A stretch of DNA of 32,000 nt from an uncultured Desulfuromonas sp. (GCA_963676955.1 OY781461.1:1512225-1544224), one strand, 5' to 3'. Shown: positions 16,897 to 25,340, counted from the first letter of the stretch. Made by a program: numbers and translations. The notes: a model not told the origin generated them from the letters alone.

Positions 16897-17499
16897 CTAG
16901 TTTTGAGCCTTTTTAAGTACAACCAGCCCTAATAGGCCAATGGCAAGCAATATCAGAGTGGTAGGCTCAGGCACTGGCTGTGTTGCGGATTCGGCTACTG
17001 TACCTGTTAACGACCAGGAAAGCAGATCTGTTCCATCTCCAGGCCAGTAGGTATCCAAAAGCACAAGTGTCCATTCTCCAGCAAGACTTAACCCGTTGAA
17101 AACCGAGAGGGAGTCCAGTGCCTGAAAGGTCCCTTCAGCATTGACGGATGTGAAGTCATAGGAGATCAGAGAAGATGCAGCATCGTCAAAAACAACATCA
17201 AAAATGCCTTCAAAAAAATTAATTCCACCTGATGGCGCGAGAGAAACGCCGACACCATTGTGCTCAAGCCAGATGCTCACGTCTTTCCAAAATGTTTTTC
17301 CAGAGCTTTCATCTCCCAGTTCAATCTGAACATTGAGATCCGTTATTAAACCATTTAATTCTGAAGTAAGGGAAACGTAGGTTGCCGGATAGGTGTCGAT
17401 GTTGCCGGTAGCGTCGCCATCGAGAGTAAAAGACATTGCTCCGGCTGTCGTTGCCGTCAAGCCGAGTAAAACAATGCAGGTGACAAAAAGGGGTTTCAT
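16897..17499 (-). CDS. PEP-CTERM-anchored secreted protein with a proprotein-convertase P-domain-like module
   Basis: The start is taken at the internal ATG 17499 (MKPLFVTCIVLLGL...), with an AAGGAA RBS. ITDLNVQIEL...SIWLEHNGVGVSL...LAGEWTLVLLDTYWPGDGTDLLSWSL resembles a P-domain. The C-terminus is VPEPTTLILLAIGLLGLVVLKKAQN. Confidence 0.75.
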   Translation of the reverse strand: MKPLFVTCIVLLGLTATTAGAMSFTLDGDATGNIDTYPATYVSLTSELNGLITDLNVQIELGDESSGKTFWKDVSIWLEHNGVGVSLAPSGGINFFEGIFDVVFDDAASSLISYDFTSVNAEGTFQALDSLSVFNGLSLAGEWTLVLLDTYWPGDGTDLLSWSLTGTVAESATQPVPEPTTLILLAIGLLGLVVLKKAQN

Positions 17500-17836
17500 G
17501 GCTTTTCCTTTCTCGAGCAGGTTCTTCAGTAAGCACAAAATTCAAATCAAAAAAAGACTTTGAGTATAGCGCGATATTTCCCACAAAAAATAGACACTAC
17601 ATAAACTCAGGTTAACTGTAAATATAAAATTAATATAGGTGAATATTGGAATGGTAAAAATGTCAGTGAAAACAGTTGGTTGATAACGGGATAAAATTTC
17701 TAAAAGGTTAAAGTCCTCAAAGTCTAATCTTGACTATGTTTTTGCACATGAATAAATTTTATTGACAGCGGTAAAAACGAGCTGCTAGCCTTCGAGGACA
17801 TTTTGACTTAAAAATGTTTTCATCAAGGAGGCGGAT

Positions 17837-20800
17837 ATGCCCGTTCTGCGTTATTTTCTCTGTACGGTTCTTTTGGTTTTAATCTTTTCAGCTCAGGTCC
17901 TTGCTGTTGATTGCTCGACAGGTGGAGGGGTTTCAACCATCGGCATAGAATATGTTCCTGATACTTGTCCGCCATATGGAGACAATGAAGTCACCCATTT
18001 CATCGACACGATGCTGACATGTAGCGGTGGCAAGGTAACTCTTTATGCTCCTTACGGAGATACCATGGCTACACCGGCCGGCATTGCCGCCTATGCCGCC
18101 TCCAATAACTATCGGGTGATGTGGAACAAAGACAACGGCCACATTGTTATGGTACATCGCTATTTTCGCGGCACTATTGACGGTGTTTCCATGACGAGTG
18201 TCCCTTCTGGAACCATCAACACCGAAGGTTTTGATCAAATTTTCATGCCAAATGCTTTTCCCGATGCGGATGGCAATGGCAATCCGGATTGCGCAGATAA
18301 TGGAGATGCCCCTGAGGCAGAAAAAGAACCGGAGCCGGTCATTGGTGCGTGTGAAGTCGGCAATAGATTTCTCGGATCCCAAGTCAATGTCGCCAGCGGC
18401 AATCTCTCTTTGACACAATCCCTGTTTTCTGAAGCAGAAACCGGATTGCCCGGAGGGCTTTACTTCAGCTGGAATAGTCTGGGGAATGGCTGGCAGTTGA
18501 ATCAGGATGTCCATTACGAACCCACTTGGGCTCCTGCTCCCGGCATCACGTATACCTGCACTGAAAGTGTTTCGAGTTGGACTGCTATCTTGAGCAGTGA
18601 TAAAAACAACGACAACGGTGTCGTTTATCCGATTAAGTGGACTGAAACCGGAACGGATTTGCCGGCCGGCAGTTGCTCAACCGCGGATGCTCCCTATATT
18701 CGCGTTCGTCAGGCCGATGGTGGGTATCTGTATTTTTCCGACACGTCAAGCGGCAGCGATCTTGCCTCGGTCAACGGCTCGTATGCCACCTGGTCGACTG
18801 AAGATCACAGCGTTACCTATCGTAATGGCACGCAATTGACCTTTAATGACGACGGGAGGATTCTTGAGCGCCGCGACCGTAACGGCCTTGTTGCCCAGTA
18901 CGATTATACCGACGACCAGTTGCAAAGCATCACTGATCGCTTCGGTCGTACCACCGTGTTCAGTCATGACGGCGACGGACACATCACCACCATCACCGCT
19001 CCGGATGGCCGTAGCGTCAGCTTGACCTACAGTGACGGGCTGATCGCTTCAATGACCACCAGCGATGGTCGCACCTGGAATTATGCCTACAGTGATGGCC
19101 GTCTGACGCAAATCAGTGATCCCGCCGGGAACGAAAAGAGTTATGCTTACGACAGCAGCGGTCGGGTTGTGCAGGGTACCACTCCGGACGGCACACGCAC
19201 CATCAGCTACGACGACTCCACCAATGAGAGCGTCATCACTGACCGCGACGGCAGCCAGACCATCCACGGCTATGACGCTGATCAACGTACGCCGGTCTAC
19301 ACCATTGACGCCCAGGGCGGAGAAACCCTGTACACGTACAACAGCCGCAACCAACTGACGTCCACCAGCGATCAGGAGTTGCGCACCCGCACCTCCACCT
19401 ACAGCACCCAAGGCGATCTGCTCACTGAAACCGATGCCGCCGGCATTACTACCAGCTACACCTACAACAGCAACGGCGATGTGACTGCCGTCACCGATGC
19501 CATGGGGAACACCACTCAGATCGCCTACGATGCCAACGGCAATCCCATAACCGTCACCTTGGCCAACGGTCTGCAGATTATCAACACCTACAACGGTCTT
19601 GGCCAACTCGTCAGTCGCCAGGATGTCAACGGCGGCGTGACCGGCTATACCTACGATGCGAACGGTTTTCCCGCCCAAGCCATCGCAGCCGACGGCGGCA
19701 TCACCACCTACAGTTTTGACAATGGCGGTCGCCTGCTTAGCGAAACCGATGCCGGCGGATACGTTACCAGTTACACCTATGACAATGCTGGTCGCCTGGC
19801 CGGCAAAACCACTCCCGACGGCGACACCACCAGTTACGGATACAACGTTTTGGGACACCTCACCAGCGTCCTTCACCCCGACGGAACCACGACCAGTTTG
19901 ACCTATGACCATGCCGGTCGTCTGCTCAGCCTTACCGACGGCGCCGGGCGTAGTACACAGTATCAATACAACAACCTCGGTCAGAGAATCGTCAGTACCG
20001 ACGGCAACAGCAACAGCACTGATTACACCAGCAACTTCATGGACCAGCTCACCCGTATCACCGACCCGCTCGGCACGGTTACCGATCTGGTGTATCAGGA
20101 CGACGGTCTCAGCCTGGCCGAGGTGATTGACGGCCGCGGCAACAGCCTGACCTACAGTTACGACAGTGCCGGGCGCCTTATCCAAACCAACCAACACGGC
20201 GTCATCACCAGCTACACCTATAACAGCCTGGGGCAACTGGCAACGCGAACCGACGCCCGTGGTATCGTCACCGAATACAGTTACGACAGCCTCGGTCGTT
20301 TGACCCAGCTTCACTTTCCAGCCGACAGCAGTCAGGATGTTCTTTACGGCTACGATGCCGGTACCTGGGGTGGTGGCCAGCTGACCAGCATGCAAGATGC
20401 CGGTGGCAGCCACAGCTACGCTTACGACAGCCTGGGTCGTCTCGTCAGTCACACCTATACGTTACAAAACACGGCTTACACCACCGACTATAGCTACGAT
20501 GCCACCGGCAACCTGGTCACTCTCAGTTATCCCGGCGGGTTCGCTGTGACAACCAGCTATGACGGCAACCATCGTCCCTTGAGCATACAGGCTGAACTGG
20601 GCGACCAAACCCTGGATATTCTGACCCAGATCAGCTACGACACCAATGGCCGCCCCGTCCAATGGCAACATGGCAACGGTTTGCTCACCAGCGCCGGCTA
20701 CGATGGCGGCGGTTTGCTGCAGAGTCTGACCCTGTCTTCGCATCTGGCGGAAGCATACAACCGAGACGGCGCCGGTCAGCTCACCGCCCTGACACGTACC

Positions 20801-22318
20801 GTGCCGACCACCGGTCAGGACACCTATCAATACGATGTTGTTGGCCAATTGATCTCCGCCGACAAAAACAGCATCCTACGCACCTACAGCTACGACCCGG
20901 TCGGCAACCGCCTTACCCTCAATGAAGATGGCGAGATCGACACGTCCACCCTGGCCACGGACAGCAATCAGCTACTCGCCGTCAGCGGCGTCAACGCCGA
21001 AAGCCGCCTTTACGACATCCAGGGCAACAGCCTGCAACTGTCCACGCCGTTGTTCGACGATCTGCAGTTGACCTACAACCAGAGTGGTCGTCTGAAATCT
21101 CTCAGCAACAGTGGCACAGTCAGCGACTATCTCTACGACGGCAACAACCTGCGCGTGGTCAAAGACAGTGATGGTGTCATCACCCACTACCATTACGACC
21201 TCCAGGGCCGCCTGCTCGCTGAAACCGACAGTGACGGCACTCTGCAACGCGCTGTGGTCTGGTATGGAGATACCCCGGCAGCTCTCATTGACGTCGAGCA
21301 GTCCGAGCCGACCTTCTTCACCTGCACCACCACGGAATCGTATACTGGCGCCGCAGGTCCCGGCATGACCCTCGACACTGTTACTCACACGGTCGTTATT
21401 GAGAGTGGAGACTATGCCGGCACCTATGTCATCAGCGATGAGAACTGGCAGGTTTATTCTTCAGGAATCGTGTTCATCTGGAGTGATGAGAGTTTTCAGA
21501 TTCAAGGTGGATTCGCACCCGATTATGAACTGCCCACGCGCAGCGGCGGTCTGGTTTTTTATCAAAAGAACGACGAAGGTAACTTCGAGATCGCCGATTT
21601 ATACAAACTGTGGAAAGAAAGCGAAAGCGGCGGCAGTGCCATCGCCACCCCGTACCAGGTCCACACCGACCAGATCGGCGCTCCAGTGCTGCTCACCGAC
21701 GCCACAGGCACGGCCGTCTGGTCCGCACAGTATGCCCCCTTCGGTCAGGCCACAATCAACAGCGATGTCGACGGTGACGGCACCGAAGTCGTGTGCAACC
21801 TGCGCTTCCCCGGTCAGTACTCTGACGCAGAATCCGGTCTGCATTACAATTGGCATCGCTACTATGAGCCACGGTCTGGGCGGTATATTACCTTGGATCC
21901 GATTGGCTTGGATGGTGGGATTAATCTTTATGCTTATGTCCAAAACAATCCTGTCAATTCCATTGATCAAGCAGGGTTAGTTCGGGAAGGAGCCAATTGC
22001 CCAAATAACTCGAATTGCGTACAAGATTGCCTTGAGAGAGAGTATGGTGATACCTACACATGGGCTGCCAGCCTTAGTTATATAAGCATACCCTCTGCAG
22101 TCTATGAGTTGTATAGCAATGAGGTTTCAATGGCTTTAAAGAGATCTGCAACATCTAAGCTTTACTCTGATACAGCATACAGGGCTGGGAAGCGGCAAAT
22201 GAAAACCTTGGCTCAATTTTCCAGATTTAACAATATGATGCTCGTGGCAGGCGTTGGTGCAACTTCGTTTCAAGTCACTGCATATATTTATTGCCAAGTG
22301 AGCTGTGCACTAAAATGA
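17837..22318 (+). CDS. Rhs/YD-repeat polymorphic toxin with an N-terminal Sec signal peptide and a unique C-terminal toxin domain (CT1, 21980-22315)
   Basis: An AAGGAGG RBS lies upstream and the signal peptide is MPVLRYFLCTVLLVLIFSAQVLA. Dozens of YD repeats are present (YTYDANG, YSYDSLGRL, YAYDSSGRV and others). The Rhs core is PYQVHTDQIGAPVLLTDATGTAVWSAQYAPFGQ...RFPGQYSDAESGLHYNWHRYYEPRSGRYITLDPIGLDGGINLYAYVQNNPVNSIDQAGL. A 112-aa AT-rich tail follows. Confidence 0.95.
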   Translation: MPVLRYFLCTVLLVLIFSAQVLAVDCSTGGGVSTIGIEYVPDTCPPYGDNEVTHFIDTMLTCSGGKVTLYAPYGDTMATPAGIAAYAASNNYRVMWNKDNGHIVMVHRYFRGTIDGVSMTSVPSGTINTEGFDQIFMPNAFPDADGNGNPDCADNGDAPEAEKEPEPVIGACEVGNRFLGSQVNVASGNLSLTQSLFSEAETGLPGGLYFSWNSLGNGWQLNQDVHYEPTWAPAPGITYTCTESVSSWTAILSSDKNNDNGVVYPIKWTETGTDLPAGSCSTADAPYIRVRQADGGYLYFSDTSSGSDLASVNGSYATWSTEDHSVTYRNGTQLTFNDDGRILERRDRNGLVAQYDYTDDQLQSITDRFGRTTVFSHDGDGHITTITAPDGRSVSLTYSDGLIASMTTSDGRTWNYAYSDGRLTQISDPAGNEKSYAYDSSGRVVQGTTPDGTRTISYDDSTNESVITDRDGSQTIHGYDADQRTPVYTIDAQGGETLYTYNSRNQLTSTSDQELRTRTSTYSTQGDLLTETDAAGITTSYTYNSNGDVTAVTDAMGNTTQIAYDANGNPITVTLANGLQIINTYNGLGQLVSRQDVNGGVTGYTYDANGFPAQAIAADGGITTYSFDNGGRLLSETDAGGYVTSYTYDNAGRLAGKTTPDGDTTSYGYNVLGHLTSVLHPDGTTTSLTYDHAGRLLSLTDGAGRSTQYQYNNLGQRIVSTDGNSNSTDYTSNFMDQLTRITDPLGTVTDLVYQDDGLSLAEVIDGRGNSLTYSYDSAGRLIQTNQHGVITSYTYNSLGQLATRTDARGIVTEYSYDSLGRLTQLHFPADSSQDVLYGYDAGTWGGGQLTSMQDAGGSHSYAYDSLGRLVSHTYTLQNTAYTTDYSYDATGNLVTLSYPGGFAVTTSYDGNHRPLSIQAELGDQTLDILTQISYDTNGRPVQWQHGNGLLTSAGYDGGGLLQSLTLSSHLAEAYNRDGAGQLTALTRTVPTTGQDTYQYDVVGQLISADKNSILRTYSYDPVGNRLTLNEDGEIDTSTLATDSNQLLAVSGVNAESRLYDIQGNSLQLSTPLFDDLQLTYNQSGRLKSLSNSGTVSDYLYDGNNLRVVKDSDGVITHYHYDLQGRLLAETDSDGTLQRAVVWYGDTPAALIDVEQSEPTFFTCTTTESYTGAAGPGMTLDTVTHTVVIESGDYAGTYVISDENWQVYSSGIVFIWSDESFQIQGGFAPDYELPTRSGGLVFYQKNDEGNFEIADLYKLWKESESGGSAIATPYQVHTDQIGAPVLLTDATGTAVWSAQYAPFGQATINSDVDGDGTEVVCNLRFPGQYSDAESGLHYNWHRYYEPRSGRYITLDPIGLDGGINLYAYVQNNPVNSIDQAGLVREGANCPNNSNCVQDCLEREYGDTYTWAASLSYISIPSAVYELYSNEVSMALKRSATSKLYSDTAYRAGKRQMKTLAQFSRFNNMMLVAGVGATSFQVTAYIYCQVSCALK
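21053..21979 (+). repeat. Master copy of the Rhs core-encoding segment, repeated (nested 5' truncations) at ~22528-22899, ~23505-24342 and 24980-~25333
   Basis: Long stretches of near-identical DNA are visible by eye. For example, TTCGACGATCTGCAGTTGACCTACAACCAGAGTGGTCG occurs at 21053 and 24980, and GGTCTGCATTACAATTGGCATCGCTACTATGAG occurs in three copies. Confidence 0.9.
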
Positions 22319-22491
22319 AGAATATTTTTTTGAGAACATTCGCCGCACTGTTGGGAGTTTTTCTGGTTGTTGCAGGAATATGGAAATTCTTTGACCCAGT
22401 CTATGGCAGCCTTGTGGAGAAAGGGAGCTGTGTCTCGGCGTTATTATTTGGAATAATTTTTTTGAGGTTCTCTATTGCCGGTTTCCGGTAG
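22315..22491 (+). CDS. Putative immunity protein for CT1 (58 aa, two TM helices)
   Basis: Its ATG overlaps the Rhs stop (ATGA at 22315-22318). The product is MKNIFLRTFAALLGVFLVVAGIW...SALLFGIIFLRFSIAGFR. Its position is canonical for an Rhs immunity gene. Confidence 0.6.
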   Translation: MKNIFLRTFAALLGVFLVVAGIWKFFDPVYGSLVEKGSCVSALLFGIIFLRFSIAGFR

Positions 22492-22515
22492 ATACGGTTA
22501 CAAATTTGTATCCTG

Positions 22516-23226
22516 TTGACAGCGAGTGTGTGGAGACAGAGCGTACGTGGCAGTAGCACCGTCGCCACCCCGTACCACGTTCACACCGACCAGATCGGCG
22601 CCCCAGTGCTGCTCACGGGTAGCACTGGCACGGCCGTCTGGTCTGCCCAGTATGCCCCCTTCAGCCAAGCCACAATCAACAGCGATGTCGATGGTGACGG
22701 CACCGATGTCGTGTGCAACCTGCGCTTCCCCGGCCAGTACTTTGACGCGGAATCCGGTCTGCATTACAATTGGCATCGCTACTATGAGTCACGGTCTGAG
22801 CGGTATATTACCTTGGATCCGATTGGTTTGGCTGGGGGGATTAATCTTTATGCTTATGTCCAAAATGATCCAGTTAACTGGATTGATCCCAACGGTTTAG
22901 AAGCAATTGCTGCCCCATGGGGATGGGTATGGGATGTCGGTGGAACTCTTGGCAAGTGCAACCCGATTGGTCTCGCAACCTCCATAGTTTTGGGTATGCC
23001 ATCTTCAACATCAACATGTTCAGATTATCCGCAGCCCGATGGGTGTAAAGATGACGATGATGGACATTGCGAAAAGATCTACAAAACAGATACTGATACC
23101 TGTAATGGGATCAGTCGTGTGCGAGGAGCGAGTGCGGGGGCGGCTTGCCACGCCTCCGCTACTGAACGTTATGCTGCTTGTTTACGTGGAAAACCTTTAC
23201 CTCCATTAAATACTTGGAATAATTGA
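22516..23226 (+). CDS. Orphan Rhs C-terminal cassette 1: 5'-truncated core fragment plus a distinct toxin domain (CT2, 22900-23223)
   Basis: Homology to the main rhs starts at about 22528 (ATPYHVHTDQIGAPVLL...). The core ends with NDPVNWIDPNGL. A Cys-rich 108-aa tail follows. It has no RBS or ATG of its own. Confidence 0.85.
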   Translation: MTASVWRQSVRGSSTVATPYHVHTDQIGAPVLLTGSTGTAVWSAQYAPFSQATINSDVDGDGTDVVCNLRFPGQYFDAESGLHYNWHRYYESRSERYITLDPIGLAGGINLYAYVQNDPVNWIDPNGLEAIAAPWGWVWDVGGTLGKCNPIGLATSIVLGMPSSTSTCSDYPQPDGCKDDDDGHCEKIYKTDTDTCNGISRVRGASAGAACHASATERYAACLRGKPLPPLNTWNN

Positions 23227-23228
23227 CT

Positions 23229-23450
23229 ATGAATTTAAACGATTTTGCTCACATTGTTGAGATTGATGAAAAGGAAAGGCTGCTTACTATTTACCGTGTT
23301 CAGGGAGAAGAGCGCCATCTTTATACATCAATTTCATTGCCAGATAAGTCCTGGGATGAAAGCCCAGACGATATCAAGGAATTTTGTCAAAAACTTGGAG
23401 AGAATATTATTATCGATTCGCCAATAGCGAGAAAACTTTTTGGAATATAG
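23229..23450 (+). CDS. Putative immunity protein for CT2 (73 aa, soluble, acidic)
   Basis: It starts 2 nt after the stop of the orphan cassette. The product is MNLNDFAHIVEIDEKERLLTIYRVQGEERHLYTSISLPDKSWDESPDDIKEF... and has no TM segment. Confidence 0.55.
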   Translation: MNLNDFAHIVEIDEKERLLTIYRVQGEERHLYTSISLPDKSWDESPDDIKEFCQKLGENIIIDSPIARKLFGI

Positions 23451-23520
23451 GTTTTAAAAGAAATAGTGAGAGAAGCCGAACTCAAAAGAACATTATGGCA
23501 GCCGGAACAACAACCTGCGC

Positions 23521-24741
23521 GTGGTCAAAGACAATGACGGTGTCGTCACTCACTACCATTACGACCTCCAGGGCCGTTTGCTCGCTGAAACCGACAGCGA
23601 CGGTACCTTACGTCGTGCCGTGGTCTGGTATGGAGATACCCCGGCAGCTCTCATTGACATCGAGCCGTCCGAGCCGACCTTCTTCACCTGCACCACCACG
23701 GAATCCCTCACCGGCGCCGCAGGCCCCGGCATGACCCTTGACACTGTCACTCACACAGTCGTTATTGAGAGTGGAGACTATGCCGGCACCTACGCCATCA
23801 GCGATGAGAACTGGCAGGTCTATTCTTCAGGAATCGTGTTCATCTGGAGTGATGAGAGTTTTCAGATTCAAGGTGGATTCGCACCCGATTATGAACTGCC
23901 CACACGTAGCGGTGGTCTGGTCTTTTATCAGAAGGACGACGAAGGTAACTTCGAGATCTCCGATTTATACAAACTGTGGAAAGAAAGCGAAAGCGGCGCC
24001 ATCGCCACCCCGTACCAGGTCCACACCGACCAGATTGGTGCCCCGATTTTGCTCACCGACGCCACAGGCACGGCCGTCTGGTCCGCACAGTATGCCCCCT
24101 TCGGTCAGGCCACAATCAACAGCGATGTCGACGGTGACGGCACTGAGGTCATCTGCAACCTGCGCTTCCCCGGGCAGTACTTTGACGCGGAATCCGGTCT
24201 GCATTACAATTGGCATCGCTACTATGAGCCACGGTCGGGGCGGTATATTACCTTGGATCCGATTGGCTTGGCTGGGGGAGATGTGAATTTTTATCGATAT
24301 GTGGGTGGAAATCCGATTAATCGGATTGATCCTACGGGGTTTGCTTGGAATGCCTCTTTTGGCTCGGGTGGCGCAGGTAATATTTTAGCTCCCGGAGTAA
24401 CGGCGGATTCTGGAATCGCTGTGGATTCAAATGGCACCATTTGCTTCTACTCAACCATATGTTATGTCGTAGGGTGGAATTCTCTAAGCGGTGGAGGGCT
24501 TGGTCTTGTTGGCTCAGTTGGTTCTGGAACCCTCTGTAGTGGCAAATCAAAATCTGCAGGAGCTTATTATTTCGGAGGTTCTGGATTGGGGGGAGAAGCG
24601 CAGATGCTAATAGGAGAAGGTGGATTGAGCTTTTCTCGTGCTTTAGGAGGAATTGCCGCAGGAGCAGGATCCGGATATATAGAGTGTGAAACAGAATACT
24701 TCTGCATCAATGAATCTGATGAATGTGGTTGTGATGAATAA
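23521..24741 (+). CDS. Orphan Rhs C-terminal cassette 2: longer core fragment plus a Gly-rich toxin domain (CT3, 24343-24738)
   Basis: Homology to the main rhs starts at about 23505 (NNLRVVKDNDGVVTHYHYDLQGRLL...). The core ends with GGNPINRIDPTGF. A 132-aa glycine-rich tail follows. No ATG start is present; the track start is a GTG inside the homology. Confidence 0.85.
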   Translation: MVKDNDGVVTHYHYDLQGRLLAETDSDGTLRRAVVWYGDTPAALIDIEPSEPTFFTCTTTESLTGAAGPGMTLDTVTHTVVIESGDYAGTYAISDENWQVYSSGIVFIWSDESFQIQGGFAPDYELPTRSGGLVFYQKDDEGNFEISDLYKLWKESESGAIATPYQVHTDQIGAPILLTDATGTAVWSAQYAPFGQATINSDVDGDGTEVICNLRFPGQYFDAESGLHYNWHRYYEPRSGRYITLDPIGLAGGDVNFYRYVGGNPINRIDPTGFAWNASFGSGGAGNILAPGVTADSGIAVDSNGTICFYSTICYVVGWNSLSGGGLGLVGSVGSGTLCSGKSKSAGAYYFGGSGLGGEAQMLIGEGGLSFSRALGGIAAGAGSGYIECETEYFCINESDECGCDE

Positions 24742-24931
24742 ACCTTTTTTTAAAAATAAACCCTTAGAGGTTCCATTGTTTATTGGAATTGTGTGTCTAT
24801 TCTGTGCCTTCGGTGGTTTTGCTCTTGCCTGTTGGGGACATGTTGAGCTTGCGCAATTCATTGTATTTCCATCTATCTTGTTAGGTCTGGTTTCATTGGC
24901 TGTTTTTTTTCTGATAAAGCTTAAACAGTAA
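24734..24931 (+). CDS. Putative immunity protein for CT3 (65 aa, two TM helices)
   Basis: The ATG at 24734 overlaps the cassette stop (24739-24741) by 8 nt. The product is MNKPFFKNKPLEVPLFIGIVCLFCAFGGFALACWG...FPSILLGLVSLAVFFLIKLKQ. Confidence 0.6.
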   Translation: MNKPFFKNKPLEVPLFIGIVCLFCAFGGFALACWGHVELAQFIVFPSILLGLVSLAVFFLIKLKQ

Positions 24932-24979
24932 GGTGTAGCCATTTAGGAGATAAATCCCTATGGGCGAAAAGAGGAGCTA

Positions 24980-25333
24980 TTCGACGATCTGCAGTTGACC
25001 TACAACCAGAGTGGTCGCCTGAAATCTCTCAGCAACAGTGGCACAGTCAGCGACTATCTCTACGACGGCAACAACCTGCGCGTGGTCAAAGACAATGACG
25101 GTGTCGTCACCCACTACCACTACGACCTCCAGGGCCGCCTGCTCGCTGAAACCGACAGTGACGGTACCTTGCGTCGTGCCGTGGTCTGGTATGGCGACAC
25201 CCCGGCCGCTCTCATTGACATCGAGCAGTCCGAGCCGACCTTCTTCACCTGCACCACCACGGAATCGTATACTGGCGCCGCAGGCCCAAGTATGACCATC
25301 TAAACCCTTACCACACTGTCGTCATCGAAGAGA
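24980..25333 (+). pseudogene. Orphan Rhs core fragment 3, truncated at both ends, with no CT or immunity gene
   Basis: It matches the main rhs from 21053 onward (LTYNQSGRLKSLSNSGTVSDYLYDGNNLRVVKD...). It acquires a stop at 25301-25303. Residual DNA similarity fades at about 25333. Confidence 0.8.
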
Positions 25334-25340
25334 GGTCGGT

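Noticed and set aside
19049-20452. A 467-aa minus-strand ORF inside the Rhs gene. Other long antisense or alternate-frame ORFs lie at 17933-18514, 20462-20848, 20972-21388 and 21399-21980.
   Set aside because: These are low-complexity Gly/Val/Ala/Thr-rich translations, typical of frames opposite to or offset from YD repeats. The plus-strand Rhs frame is continuous and motif-rich.
22492-22527. A 12-bp perfect palindrome TACAAATTTGTA between immunity gene 1 and orphan cassette 1.
   Set aside because: It is short and AT-rich, so it is easily produced by chance in AT-rich spacer DNA. It does not recur at the other cassette junctions.
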